A DNA stretch of 64,000 bases, taken from positions 2,232,001 to 2,296,000 of the forward strand of contig JAYWIR010000009.1 of assembly GCA_036172245.1 (NCBI GenBank), in the 5' to 3' direction. Positions within the stretch are counted from its first letter, which is position 1. Every line of letters begins with the position of its first letter. The notes below the pieces were generated by a model. It had not been told where the DNA came from. It saw only the letters and a list, made by a program, of their open reading frames with translations, and searched no databases. Below, piece after piece: positions 23,200-37,399 of this stretch. Source of the stretch: Raillietiella orientalis. Taxonomy: Eukaryota. The position numbers and the translations under genes were made by a program.

Positions 23200-26100
23200 C
23201 CGATGCCTGTGTCCCCTCTTTGGACACTCACGTCTCATCTGAGCTCTTACACGCGAAACGGAACCGCAACAGATTCCCTCTGGCACAACGATGCAGCATA
23301 GGTCAAAGTGTTATTCTTGTGAGGGTGCGACTTTACTGTCCGTGTGACCCGCATCGGCGGTTCCTTTTGTCAGACTCGTTCAAGAGCTTGTCTGCAGCGT
23401 TCTCTTGAGTTGCCGGGGTGTGGCGCCCCGCTTCCATCATGATAAAGAAACGCGCGCATCTGCTGAGCTGTCGTGTTGTTCGGTTGGTGTCTCGTCAGCA
23501 ACCTCTACGCTATTGTTTCCCTACCCCGTTATCCTACGGGGAGGTTACATCCAAGGCGAGCTGACCTGCGGTCAATTCAAAAACATACTTGCGCGCTATT
23601 GACAACAACGGCATTTACATCCATCGACAGCGACAGAGAGCACATAAAAGGGAGGGGATGCCTCGAATGACTTCCGGTTCACCCTCCCCCCCTTTGCTTC
23701 CACTACTGAGGCTGTGATTCGTAACAGGCGAATAACAGGAAGTAGGGGGAAGTGTAGGAGTGGGCTGGTTTTCGGTGATCGCCGAAGCCAAGGGGCCGAA
23801 CTTTCGTAATTCGAGATTGTTCTTCCAAGTCATTGCCTCCACAAGTTGTACGCTTGTTCCTCAATTTAGGGGGCAGCCGTCCCGATTTCCTGCAGTTCTT
23901 GATCGTTTTTGATCGCTGTGCTTTGTAGCTTGCAGACCCGATTCCCGTGGCAGCAGAAAGCTACTTCCGTTGCCAACTACGCATCTGCAACCGTTCCCAA
24001 GGATCGTTCATGTGAGTCTAAGAGGCTGAAGATGCATCATTAGACATTCTTGCGTTGAGAGATTGCTGTCTTTCTGAGCAGATGATTCTCTTGTTTGCAG
24101 CACGTGCCGCCATCTTCATTCGGACCTTCCCTCACTCGAAGTGACGTCGCTTACTCAGTTGCATGGACCTCGTTGCATTCAGTGCACGCCGCTCGGTAGG
24201 CGCGGGTATGCATCCATTTTTTTTTTTCCTGTGCCGTGGAGACCGGACAAGGAACGGGTCTCAAGAGTTTCAAATTCGTGTTTTCGGGGCTCTCTGGATT
24301 CTGGACACGACCTTGGGAGCCGCTGACCTCCCGTCACAAGCCTGCATCGGGATATTGACTCCACCTCGCGCTACCCCGACTTGGTGCATCCAGGGAAGAG
24401 CAATGAGTGGCCATGAGTGGACTCTTCTTTGATGAGCCCAGAGCAGTTACAGGGCACCGACACTCCCCTTTTCCTCCATAGGAGTGATCTGGGATCGCTG
24501 ACAGCCTGGGATCCAGGAAGTCAGGCAGCATCTTCCTAGCCGTCAAGCGGAGCACAGAGAGGAAGGGAGGCAACATGCTCCATCGTCCTGCAGCTGTGTA
24601 CCGGCAGGGCAGATGGGCAAAGCCGTCCGCGTGCGCCCTACTCTTCCAACCTGGGAACCTCCCAGCTTGCGGGCAACAGCCGTATCCGAAGCGCTTTTTC
24701 TCCAGAATGCAAACTCATCTTTTCAAACTCCACAAAGTCTTCGGCCACGGAGCTGACACCACGACTCCCCATACGGACGTGGGAACCTATTCCGGGACGG
24801 GAGGGCGGAGGGACCGCGCCCGGCAGTTCGGGACTGGGCAGCGGCTCGTCAGGTAGGAGTCGCGCGCCACTCCGCTTTCGTGGAACGCGCTTACGAAACG
24901 CATCCTTTTCTGCGGTGATTCCACCTGCGTCGCCTTGGTGATTCGAAAGGCTCTTCCAGGAAAGTGGGAGCTCGTGACGTCTCGCGATGCGTCAATAGGG
25001 ATTTCTTCTCCCCGAAGACCATCGATCTCCGTAAGGAATCCGACCCCCTCCTTTATCCCGCATCGTCACGACCGCATGGCATTCTCTCGGACTCCTATAC
25101 GCCCTCGTATGTCTATTTTCAGAAGTCCATTCATTCAGGTGCACGTGGCAATTTCGTTTTCGACGTCATAGCTGTTGAAGATGAGCCGGCGACCTCTTTC
25201 CCGGAAATTACCCTCTGCGTCTTCCAGACTTTAATCCCAACCAACATGAGTTTCACCCAAAGGTTGCCTACTAAAACTGGCGCTGCCAAGAGGCATCGTG
25301 AGACGTCACACCTAAAAAAGGCCTCCTGATTGCCCCGCCTGCCCTTCCCGTGCATCCCCATCCCCTTCCTCTGCCCGACGCCCTACGCGTGCGCGCGGAT
25401 GGACGGACGGGCGGTCGCCCTGTGCTACTTCCAGCCCGCCGGCGGCGGCGCCCGGGATCCCCCGGACGGACGCTCCTCCGGGAGGCTGTGGCCTCCTCGG
25501 GGCACCGCTCCAAGGAGTACGCGAGAGTCACCTGCAGGATGACCTTCGGCGGCGAGGACGAGGAGCCGCCCGCCGGGACCGCGTCGCAGGCGCCCGGGAA
25601 ACAATGCGCCACGCGCCTGTCGCGCCTCCTCCAACGTACCCCACTTCCTCCCCCCGAGAAGATAGCCCGCGAACCGCTCCGACAGTGCTCTCCTCGGGAG
25701 CACCACCGTGATCGCGGGTACCGCCGCAAGGATCCCAGTCGTCGCGCCAGCTTCCCCAGATGGCGCGAAGCCAGGTGCCTCCCTCCCCGGGTGCCCCCTC
25801 TGCTAACGTCATCACAGATCCCCCTCGGGAGTTCCGGAGCACCCAGGAGAGCCTTTCCTGAGCGGAATACCTGACTGTGGCCTTCGACCGCAATTGGACC
25901 TCGCGGTCCACGGCTTCAGTCCGAATCAGGACGAGAACGACCGCGTGGGCGCCAGCGCCGTCCACGGGAGCCCGGCGGAACCGTGACGGCAGGCTGTGGG
26001 TCGGTGAACTGCACGTGAGCATCCAGGACGTCAGCCGGATGGGGACGGAGAGCAGGTCATCGACCTGCCGCGGAAGACCAGCGTTTCCCTTAGAAGGCAC

Positions 26101-27450
26101 ACTCCATGTTTACCTCTGCGCACCGGCCTGACCTCACTCGGCTCCGGGAGGAACCTCATTCCTGCCCCTCGATCTCTTCTTGCAAGCGAGGGAGGAATGC
26201 AAAGGCAGAGGCTGTTCTTCAGGAGAGAAAAAAAAAGAAGAAAAAACTAAAACTGGCTGCTCAACACGAAACTAAAGAGTTTTCGAGCCTCCACGGGTAG
26301 ACTGGGAAGACCTGGTTACTCATTGGGACAGCACCTCGTCACGACAGCAGCATCCGCTCGTCATCCGTGTCCTTCTTGATCTGCCTCTCGCGAAGGTCAC
26401 AAGCAAAGGACTGCTTAGGGACAAAGTCCCCTGTTCTCGAGCGGAGCGCGTGACCTGGCTACGAGTTGCAGTTCTCTCTAACCGAAAATCCGTCGAAGCC
26501 GGTGCGATGCAGGAACGCCAACAAGCTGTCGAATATGAGCTGCCTGCAAATTTGGAGATTCTTATTGCACGGAAGTATCAGATGCGAACCAGCGGAAGAC
26601 ATGAGGCTGAAACGCAATCCCTCGATCCCATCCCTTTCATCGTCAGCCGCCCCTTTCCTGGTGCTTCCTTCCGTTTCCCCCACGAAGGAGCTCGTATTGC
26701 AAGCCATAGTCGGAGAAATGGCCACAAAGTGCGTTGCGTTGCTCTGGAGACGCGGCTAGCTCAAAGCATCATTCAAGGCTCTCGAAAGTGTCCCGTTGGG
26801 TCCATCGGCCAGCTCCTTTGTTCTTTCAGGGGTTCTCGACAGCTTCGTCGTATCTGGCGATCGTCTCCTGGTCTTCACACAGTCCACCTGGAGGATTCCC
26901 AAGACCGCGAGGGTGGACTCCTCCGCTCTGGACGTCTCCCCTTCGCTTCTCAGAGTTCCTCTGCGTGACGTGGGTCCGGATGAGCGCGGAAGTCCCGCAA
27001 AAGAGCTGCTCGTGCATGCCAGACCACCGTATCGTGCACAATGCCGGTTGAGGTCGGCGAGAAGAAGGCGAAGGCAAATGTGGCTCAGTGGCACGGATCG
27101 CTTCTGGCAAGATGCGGCAACTCACGAATCACCTCCGTCGCAGCTGAAGACGCTCTTGGCGCCGTCTTGCGCGAATGCAGCTGCACGGCGGCAACGCAGT
27201 CTGACTCGCGTTTGCTGAAGCCGAAGTGGACTCGGTCTATGGACTGCACCAGTGCACCGGCAACGGAAAGGTCATTGAGGAGGCGGGCTACTGTGGATGG
27301 TCCTCGAGGGTTCCTCAGCCTTTGGCAATATGGCAGACATCTTTGCTCCGATTGCTGAATGCGGGGAGACTCAGCGGACTGGCAGCGTCTCCGTTCTCCG
27401 ACCGGCGTTCTGGCTTGTTCTTCGTTTCATAGTTCACTGTTCTCATCCTC
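23200..27450 (-). mobile_element. Degenerate Ty3/gypsy element (gag, RT, RNase H, integrase)
   Basis: Gag-like AAVQLHSRK near 27180; AHAVVLV near 25940 (RT start); QEAFF..LLAAPVL, AYRSPRECHAVV and RSMVFGEKKSLLTH at 24990-25330 (RT connection/RNase H); RKFGPLASAITEN near 23790 (integrase core). Confidence 0.55.
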
Positions 27451-29229
27451 AAAGTTCGTCCGCCGCAGCCTCTCCAGGACGGGGAGGAGCGCCGCGTTTT
27501 CGATGCCCATCGGCGCTGCTGCTTGTTGTCAGCTGTGCCGACCCTGGCAACGCCAGGCCTGCAGGGTTTCCAGGGGGTTTATCGTCTCTTTCCCCGCTCC
27601 CGCCCCTCCTCGTCGTCGTCTTGTCGGTTTCGAGTCTGAGCGGTTTCGAGCCTTCATTCCGTGCATCCGCTAGCAGTTCGCTTGATCCACCACAGTTTTC
27701 TGTGGGAGAAAAATGTTCTTCCCTTCGATTTAGTTTTCGGTATTCATCGATCTTGCAGCTAAGAAAGAGGATGTTTCCAATTATCCATGTAAACTCGTGG
27801 TGGTTGCTTGTCCATTAGTTTGAGCCGATGTGTCATCTTACTGATGGCTAACGCAGTAGGCGTCATCAAGCAACAAAATATTCTCAGTTCTCATTTACTG
27901 TGCTCGCCTCGTTGGTTTTCCTTAATTTCGAGCTACTATGATAACAGCAGTGCACTTCAGGCATCACTGATTGAGGTGGGATTCCATACGAGGTGGTACT
28001 CACCAAGGAAACATAGGAAGATGACCTGAGTCTCACTTTGTGAAGCTGTTTTTCTTTAGTAGGTAGATGAATTTTGAACAATCGGGTGCTTTCACACGCA
28101 GGAATAAACGAGTAATGTCATCAGATGACTCTGTCGCATTGGTACATGTTGGGTCAGCAATCAGCCGGACGTACGCTAAAGCATATTTTTGCATCTTACT
28201 ATACACTGACCTGCATTTGCACAGTTGCACTGGACCATTTCTTGTGTGTAAATTCCAGATTCGCTTCACATTCTATACGCCATTTCATTCTACAGAGCCT
28301 GCAGGTCAGGTCAGCAAGCATCGTTGAGGTTAAATGTTTGCACCATTGACTTGGACATATTTTATTACTGAGGATCTGGGTTCTCGCGCATGACGATCTG
28401 CCTGTCGCTCTCGGAGTGTCCTCGTTCAAGAGTTGGAACAAATTCTTGGGTAGTGCGAGATGCGCAGCTTCTAGATGTGCCCTTAAAAGGACGCCCTAAG
28501 CACAGTGCGAGGCAGACATTCTTTCTCCGTTTCAGATGCACACGGAGAAAACACTCGACTGCTCGGATTGCGTTGGCAACCCTCCTTGCTCCTCGATCCT
28601 CCGCTCTGGCGAACACGAAGGCATTTCCTCAAAGACAAACCATGTAGCTCTGTCGGCATGTTCCCTTTGGTATGTTTGGCAACCCCCCCTTCCCGCACCA
28701 GCAAATGACGGGGTTGTCTAGATTGTCCCGGAGCATATTCAAGCTATCTAATTCGTCTTAGTCTCTCACGATGCTCTTCTTCTTAATTATTAATTCAAGT
28801 TGACAACCGCAGAGCGACCCCGCATCGAAAGTCTGAGGGAAGGTACTGTTTGTACTGTGCATAAATTTAGCGAAGCTGAAGCCACCGTGCGCGCTCGTAC
28901 GGAGTCCCGGCCCGTTCGCAGATTTTTCCATTTGGGATGTTCCCCCTCGCGCACCCGGAAGTACGCCACAGGTTCCTTTCCCACCTACTGGTAACCACGC
29001 GCCTCGTGATGGCCACTTTTCTTTCGCGGTTTCGCTTCAGCTGGAGTGCTCCCGAAGCAGGTGGCTGGGCGACCGGTCTGCTGCTCCGGGAAACAGAACT
29101 CAGTCCTATCGCCGTCATGTCGAAGGACTTCGGTGTTTCGAACGCGATAAGCTGAACACCTTCAGCCCGACCTCCCAATCAAGGCCACGACCTTCAGCGG
29201 ATCAGCGAATCGCTCCCCAGCATCGGAAA

Positions 29230-29580
29230 AGGTTAGAAAGACCAAGTTCGAAAGATCAGTGTGATTCGGTGGCGATGGGCGCCTCTGGAAAGAGGTGAAT
29301 GGAGCAATTTGCAGATCTCATCCGTCGCAGGTGAAGATGCGTCTGACGCCGTCCTGCGCGAATGCAGCTGCATGGCAGCAACGCAGCCCTGACGCGCATT
29401 TGCTGAAGCTCCTGCGATAGTCGTGGTGAACTCCCGGACTATCGACTGCATCAGTGCATCACCAGGGAAAGGCTCTCGACGAACTCTCTGCTGCGACGTT
29501 CCTGAGCCCAGAAGATTCACTTCTGCAGGAAAGGACAGGGAGATTCCATCTTGAGACTTGGTTACTCTTTCCGCCACGGG
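29230..29580 (-). mobile_element. Second copy of gag-like segment homologous to 27120-27275
   Basis: 29320-29475 aligns at nucleotide level with 27135-27272 (tccgtcgcag.tgaaga.gc...gccgtc.tgcgcgaatgcagctgca.ggc.gcaacgcag.c.tgac.cgc.tttgctgaagc). Confidence 0.6.
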
Positions 29581-30049
29581 GGTCTGACTTTTGCGTCCGC
29601 TGCTGTCTTGATCGAAAAATCAATGCTCTCGCTGTCTTTCTTAGTTGGACGTAGAGGGCGGCATGCTGTCAGGACTCAGTCAAGAGGTCGCTTCCCGCAA
29701 GCTTCATCTGGACTGCTGATCCTGCTGTCCAGGATCTGGTTACTACAAAGACCGCAAAGGTTCCTCTTCCTCTGCATTTCGGCAACCTTTTCTGTCTTTT
29801 CTCAGGTGCTTGCTTAGGAGAGTAGGCACGAACGAAACCGCCCAAGAGAATCGCACTCATCGAAGCACTTGAGGCCCTTCCAGGGTCGTGAGAAATCAAA
29901 GCGTTACTTCATCGGAAAACACGTTTGCAGGGAAGAAGGAAGGAAGCGATTTCGGCTAGAGACAGCTTTCCCTCACAGACTCCAGCAGCGGGGTTTGGTA
30001 GGGAAGGGGTCACGTGCACTCCGAAAGGAAGCAATTTGCAAAATCCGAG

Positions 30050-31750
30050 TCGTCGATCTCGCCTGTAACGCTCTTTAATATGTGTCGCAGCAGCACATCA
30101 TCAGTTTCGAGAGTACTGGCAGACAGGTCTCACTCTGGGACACCATGAAAGTGGAACCCAGGAGAGAAAGAAGCTGTAAAATTTCGATCACGTACATCTC
30201 TTTTGTTCATCGGAATCCAACGAGGCCTTCCGACAGTGTGCTGCGAGGGCGTGGTCGTGTGCCTTCAAGAGTGCCCGGCGGAAAACCAAAGGGTCCTTTG
30301 GGGAGTTTGAATGCTTCTGATAGAGTGAATCAAAACTATAGTCTACCCTTCAGCATTACAGAAGGATCGCTCATCATTTCATGGCAGCCAAACGTCGGAT
30401 GTCGGCCTCGCTTTCCTTGCCATTCCGACTTCTTGCCCTCTACTTCATTTACTGAACTCACTGTGCTTCGTTTCCTCCCAGGTGATGCCCGGATGGACTA
30501 CCCGTGGACTGGTTGTCAGGCTTCGCTGCGCAGGAAATTACATTCTTCCACGGATCTCGGCAGAGGTAAATGGCCAGGCCCCACCTGAGTTGAGGGCCAT
30601 GTGCTCTGAGAAACGACTGCACTCTTCTTCCTGGTGCAAACACGAGCGCAGACTCGGCGAAGAAACCTTCCAGGCGAGCGTACATTCATGTGTCACGGAG
30701 CAGTCACGACATGCAATAGTCAGAGTCATGAGTTTGTTGGTCGAGCGGCTGCCGAGCCGTGTTTCCAGTGGCTTCGATTTCTTCTTCACATGACCTTTCG
30801 ACAGATGTTCCCCTTGGCTTGGCAGCTGTCAGTCAGAGAACATCTTGCCTCCCGCGTCATTGGCTTTGAAGCCGCTTCCAAAGACTGGTCATCTACGGCC
30901 TCCTTTCCTCTGAAACAAGCCGAAGGAACAAACCGAGCGGCAACACTCGATCCTAGGCGGAAGTACAGATTCAGCCGTTCCTGCCCGAGGAAAAGCTCTT
31001 TCCCTCTCATTTCGCACGCGGTGGTGAGGTTCTAAAGCTGCTGCCTTTTTGCCCAGAATACAGAAAGCAGCATTTGTTTGCAAGAAACAGGTTTTCTCCG
31101 GAGACCAACTCCTTAAAATAGGCAAGGCTGGTGCATCGGTGGTTGCGTGGAAAATCATTCCATCATGCACAGTCATGCTCTTGCGCGCGCTCTTCATTAG
31201 TCAAGAACGGCTCCAGTTTCCTCGGAAGACTTGAAGCCAGCACGCCTCGAGCTGAGAGCTCCACTACCCTTCCTGCTCCATTTGCTTTCCCTCCCCCCCC
31301 CTCCTCTCTTTTTCTTCTTCTTCGTTTGTTTGCTTTTTGTTTATTTTCAGTAACTGCGGTTCGACGTCTCCAAGAGCGAGTTTGGACGAAGAACATCGGA
31401 GCTGATTCTACGCCCAACTTCCGGCTTTCGAGATGTTTCCTTTAGCGGAAAGATGGCACGAGAGGACTCATCCACTCACGGAATCGGAAGTTGGTGGGAA
31501 GCTCAGAAGACAGCAGCGAAACGCCCAAGAAAAATCCCGAGATGTCGATTCTGGGCGGAGACGCGGAGCTGTTTGCACTGCAGGCTGCTTGCGCAGTAGG
31601 AAAACGGTTCAAGTGATCTCTCGGACTTCGGCGAAGGCAGAGTAAATCACGGAGAGAGCGATCATTCCGGAAAGGAATGTTTGTGCATCAGAGTGCAGAG
31701 AGGAACGCTGGTGTGCAGTTCACTTCTTGCGTGGTCGAGGCACAACAGCT
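30050..31750 (-). mobile_element. Degenerate hAT-like transposase remnant
   Basis: Colinear minus-strand motifs VDESS (about 31465), HATTDAPA (about 31140), KKKSKPLETRL (about 30770, cf. TRW) and LPVLSKLM (about 30110). Confidence 0.35.
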
Positions 31751-33735
31751 CGTTGCTATCGATGGAGGTTGGCGGCTGATTGACACTTCACCTCCTCGAC
31801 TTCTCCGACTTGGCGCCTGAGAAATCCGATTGTTTTTTTTTTTTTGTTTTTGTTTTCGCGTGTGTTCTTACTGCCAGAGGCTACATGGAAACTGTTCGGC
31901 TCAATCTCTCTCCGTTCGATCACTACATCACTTTTATTCAAAGCCGGTATTTCATTCCACTTCGCTCCTGTTCCTGCCGAGCATCGACGTTTCGATCGCG
32001 AATGCTTAGATGTGCTTCTTTCAGGGAGAAGCCTCCTATAAATTCTCCTGAGATTCCTCTACAGGGAGGCTTAATTAATATCTCTTCCTCTTGATTCGGT
32101 TTCGAGAGCAACCTGCAGCTGCTGTATGCTGACTAGTAGAGTCGAACAGGAACCATGTGTTATCAATCCATAGGGTATTTTTGCTAACTTCTAGCCATTT
32201 TGGCTGCCGCCTATCTATGCCAAGTCGCTGATTTTATCTCCAAGCCCAAGATATGTAGATTATTTGTCTATTTCTCCTCGCCGCCTGCATGGCGTCAAAT
32301 TCCTTCTGTCCTGTACAAGAGCAAAGAAATGCTGGTGGAATGGCACACATTTTTCAGTGCCCCAGAGCTGAAAAGATCAGTTATCTCCAAACTGTTTTCT
32401 GTTCTGGCAGTCTCCAGGATTTGCTCGTGATTGAGGCAATATCCACGGGCTAGCTCCCCCTCACTCTTTCTAAAGCCAGATAAATTCTTCCTACCTCCAT
32501 CTGAAAGGAATAGGGACTGTGCTTTTTTGATCACCGGACCACCTATTTTGCTGAGAAGGGAAAGGAGAAGTGCCAAGTGTCATCTTGAAGCAATCAGTTT
32601 TTGAATGTACAAAAATATTTAATTGAATTCAGTCGACAATAACCTCATATATATGTTATCAAAAAAATAAATATACATAAACTTGGTTGATCATCATTTA
32701 TCCAAATGAATTCATACTGTGCCTTGCACTTATGGGTTCTCAGTATGTCATCAGCAGAACGGTTTGGATATGTCTAATTTATGATTAGATCGAGGAATGC
32801 CAATAAATACACATTTTGTAACATAGTAATGTTCTCAGAAATGTCGTAAAGGTATGTCTTGTGAAGGGCACCAAAAATTCAGTGAAGGAGAACGGAAACT
32901 GTGATTTGCAGTTTCACATATCAGGAGAACACAGCTCTTGGAAACACGAATATGAATTCATGTTTACAAGAGCACAGCTCTCTGGAACAAACACGGAAGC
33001 AGTCGAAGCTAAGGGAAAGCAAAGATTTGCAGGGTTCCGTCTCTTTTGCCTTCTAAGTTCGCTAACACCAACCATACGTGGCTGACTGTTCACGAAGACT
33101 CTTACTCTTTCAAGTTCCTCCGCCCGTCTACTCCAGCTGCCTTGAGGATGGCGTTTCCCTAGGAAAGGTTCAGCCACTATTGCTTACAGTCGACCATCAT
33201 TCGTTGTCGATCATTTAAGCATTAAGGGACTCATTCATAAAAGTTGCCCGAGAAGTACTGATTTGCATGCGGGACACTTAATTGGGGAGGAACCGCCTGG
33301 AACTACACTTTACGGGCTGTATCCATCACCCTGAAAGCCGCTCCAAAGATTTCCAAGAAATCCACTTGGCTTTCTCGTGCTCGTCCCATGATCAATCTCC
33401 CATGATTGCTGGCAGCTTGTATCTTTGGGTTTCCGCCGCGAAGGGAAGGGAGACGGCTTCCTCTTTCGGGGTCTCTCGTGAGTGGCATTCGGTCGCGAGG
33501 GATGCACGCGAGAGCTGAAATTTCTTCTGGATGAATAAGAAAAATGGAAGCAAAGAGGTATGGTATCTGCCCCTAAAGCGTCCCAGGTAATCGTTCCGGT
33601 CGCCTTCGAATTGATCTTCTTGGCGTGAGATGTCTTCTTGAACCTGTGGCCGCTCACTCCCTCAGTCCACCGGCTGGAGTCAACCGAGGCAATTCCTGCA
33701 TTTTTCCCACGGTCCTCGAGGTTTGCAGCAGCCCG

Positions 33736-34385
33736 GACGTCGTTTGGTTACGGTGGCCTCCACGCGTGCCACCACGCGTCGAGGCCACACTCAAAAGGAG
33801 TCGAAGCAGGGCATGGTAGGTTCCGAGTTCACCCCATAAGATGATGCTGGTCGGCCTCTGTTCATCCGGGTGCGGCACTCGTAGGGGTTGCAACCAGATG
33901 ACCCCGACGAGGGCCGGCACAAACGGGAGTCGGCTTCCGGGTCCTTCCAGGAATCACGGAGTGGGGAGTTCTTCTGGTCGTTAAGGGGCGGACTACCCAT
34001 CCCGGGGGTACCTCCGTATCGGATAGATGGAGTAGGTGTGTCGCCACCACCTCTCCAGAGAGTGCAGAGAAGCGAGCCGATTCCTTCGGGGAAGCTGCGT
34101 CCTTCAGAGGAGTAAAAAGAGGAGCGGATCCCTTGAAGGGGATCCCTCCGGAGGAGAATTTCCAGGATCGGATCCTTTCCGGATTCCCTTCAGAGAAGAA
34201 CGAACATAGCGGACTCCCCCCGGGGGTTCTCCGGGGAGAATAAGGCAGGAGGATTCTCTTCTGGATTCCCCTTCAGAGGCAACCAGGGCTGAGGTGATCT
34301 CCATTTCCGGGGATCCCTCCCCAGGCGTGAGAGGAACGGACTTCGAGTCCTTCCTGGATTCATAGGGCGGACCCCTCCCGGGATA
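33736..34385 (+). mobile_element. tRNA-derived SINE, near-full copy with diverged head
   Basis: Shares cgggtgcggcac, gtccttccaggaatcacggagtgggga and gagaggaacgga...cttcctggattcataggg with the other copies. Confidence 0.7.
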
Positions 34386-35889
34386 ACCCCTATCTTGAAC
34401 AACTACCCACCCTCAGGTGGCTTGGAACCGTGTAGAGGTTTGCAGCATCTGCAGCCGGAGTAGCATTTGTGACAGCAGTTTGTCCAGATTTCTGGATAGT
34501 AACTTGCAGATCGTGGATAAGAATGCTGGGAGTGGCTGTTGGCAAGAGCGGAACACACCCGCAGTCTTCAGCACATTTGTTTATTTCATGCCCAAAGGCG
34601 AATTTTCCGTAATTTCCTGATTTTTGTCCACGTTGAAGCCTCGAAAGTACTATGGCAATTGCATCTTACCATCACATTTATCTTTAGACCTTCGGAAAAG
34701 GAAGATTTGATGGTAGACGCTTTGCAGATGATGAATCTCAGCAGAAAGAGTTGAGTGCTTCCGTCAGTTTCCAAAATTGAAGGGCTTTTTGGTAAGAGTG
34801 AAGAAGTAATCGATGCTTTTCCAACAGCAAGCACACCAACTTGGAAGCCAGAAAATATACATTTCATGTTCTGTATTCTACTGTCTAGTAGGGTGTGTAC
34901 AGTTCTATCGTGATTTCGCACTAGGTTATCTGGCAGCACAGTGAATTCCAGATGTGGATCAACGGCAAGGTCCCCATAAACGAAACACCGTCGAGCATTC
35001 AGTGTGCAGTTCTGCATGCACCCTGTCTTCTCCTCTTGAGGAACCATCGCCGTTTGGATTGATGCTGAAGTTGTTCTCAGAAGATTGATGCTGGTATCGA
35101 TGCTGGGATGGTTGTGGATTTCGGAAGACACTGCTCACCGTGCGCGAAGCGAGCATAACGCTTTGCTGCACTCAGCTCCTTCCAGCATTCCCTGGGAATC
35201 ACTGGGGGATGAGTAAGGTTCTCGAAACTTCCATTCGACCCTTCGGCTCAGCTAATGAAACGTCTTTCTCTTCGGGAATCACGGGATTTTTCTCTATTGC
35301 ATCACTCGGTCATTTCATGATTTCAGAGACGAGTGCTATTCGGGTGGCTGTTCCTCATCAGAGAAATCCTCACGGCAGTTTATCCCGCGATCAAACTTCT
35401 TGTATTTGCTCTTTATCCTCAGAAACTTCGATTTGCTTAAACTTCGGCGCAATTTACTTCCGGTCGAATTTTCCAGTGTTCCGGCGCTCGAGCGGAGCAC
35501 CGGATCCACCTATTTCACCGATTGCAAGGAAGAAAATATATGCCTAAGCGATTTGGTGCTTTGGTTCGAACGGACGCGAACCGGATAGGCGCCCTGCTTA
35601 GGGTTCGGAAGAAAAAAGCCACTTTCTACCTACAAAGTCTCCCAGCATGCATTTCTCCTGGACCTTCCATGGGTTCGGATTCGGTAAGGTGCCTTTTCTT
35701 TTCACACAGTTCCAACCGGAAGGGAGATTCCTTCAGAGCAAGACGCGTGCAGGAAGGAAGAGAGTGGTCGCTGCAGCGCAGTTGGATTTCCGATGATTCC
35801 AAGGGATTTTTTCATCTTACCCAGAGAGATTATCAAGAGAAGCGCGGATGAACTCGAGGCGGACAGATGGAAGGACTGTAATGCATGAC

Positions 35890-36650
35890 CTTTTACTTTC
35901 CTTCCAGCAGCCTTGGAACTCTATTTTCTGAATTCTTCTGATGTTCCAACGTCGAAATTCTGATTGTATTACCTACTTGCTGTTTTGTAAAAGAAATAAT
36001 GGATTGAGTGCCAAGTAGAAGAGAGAAAGAGCACCTAGACAGATGTAAATGTACGCTTACGGAATTGGCAATAGAAAGAGAAATTACGGTTTGTGGCATC
36101 TGCTTTTGGTTCCTCGGTGCCCCAGAGAGATAAATCCTGCAGGTGGGTGGTGGGTGTGAGGAAAGTTCTTTCATTCGTAAGCGATGGTAGGAGGAGAAGA
36201 AATAAAATGGCAGTTTGAGGCGTGGCTTCAGCCTCAATCTTCAGTTTTCCGTGTTTGGAATCGTTGGCAACCAACTGATCCCTCACTTTCATATTACGAT
36301 GAAGTCGCTGCCGGCGCCTTGAGGTAAAAGCTGAGGAATCTTCCATCTATCGGATGCTCTTCCACTGCGCAGGAAGCCCGAGGAGCTTCTCACTATATAA
36401 CCAGATCTCGACGAATCCGCTAGCGGGGACGACTGGCTCAAGACACGGAAAATGGATGAAAAGTTCCATCTTAGCGGGTGAGGTGAAAGGAAATACATTC
36501 CTCTAGAGGCGCTCTGACAAGAAGCCCAAGGGAAAGTGCGGAAGAGGAAAGACGACCTACGGACGACGAGGATCTTCGGAGACTGGTGGAGACTTTGAAA
36601 AGAAACATCTGCCGAGACCTCGGGGCGGCGGGAGCATTCCGCTATAGGCA
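35890..36650 (-). mobile_element. Ty3/gypsy RT remnant
   Basis: FPWAS (cf. SPWASP), EDSSAFTS (cf. EDxxKTAFxT) and GAPRNQKQM (cf. PxPxNxKQxRxFLG), in order. Confidence 0.4.
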
Positions 36651-37399
36651 CCTTTTAGAACTTCCAAGCGGTCTCCACGATCCCGCGTAAACGTCGCGGA
36701 ACCTATTTCCCACGCTGAGCGTGCTCGGCCTGCAGTCGCGATGTTCGCGTGCACCTCGAGGGAATGGACAACATCCCCACCTCTTACAGCATCCGAGGGA
36801 CCTGGCGAAGTTCTGCGGCAAAGGCCCGAGAGACGGGAGACTTCAGGTTCGTCTCCCTCGCGCGTCTTCGAATGAACTTTGGAAACCTTTGCAAGAAGAG
36901 GGGTTCATCCATCTATGCCCCTATTCTTCTAAACCGGAAGTTAAAAACTTTAAGCCCCATTTCGGTTGCGCGCGAACGAAACCAATTAAACTTATGCCTG
37001 GGATGTTGCGTTAAAAGAAGAAATGAAAAGCAAATCATCTCTCGCTTTTCCTTCCTATCCTTTTTTTTTTTTTTTTGTTTCGAACATGACTGCCGCTAAC
37101 TCTCTGATTAAAAATCATGAATATCCCCAATCAGTTTCCTTCCTTGGAAGAAAGTAGTTCCATTCCATCCTCTTTCCCTACCTCCCTTCCCCATCGTCAT
37201 CATCTGCACCTTAATAAGAGTTATTTGCTCATCTACAGTACTCTTATTCTCCTTCTCCGACCAATTAATCATCGCCTATTCTTCATAGCCAACAGCAGCT
37301 GAAGATGGCAAGCCCGGAGGAGTGACGATCCCTGATCAGGGAGACACCTTTCATCCCGTATCCCTGCGTGAGTTTGGGCGTTGATCCTCGCGCACAAGA

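Noticed and set aside
32150..32780. Possible Ty1/copia RT fragment (ILGLEI, SADDIL on the minus strand)
   Set aside because: Too few, non-colinear motifs to support a call.
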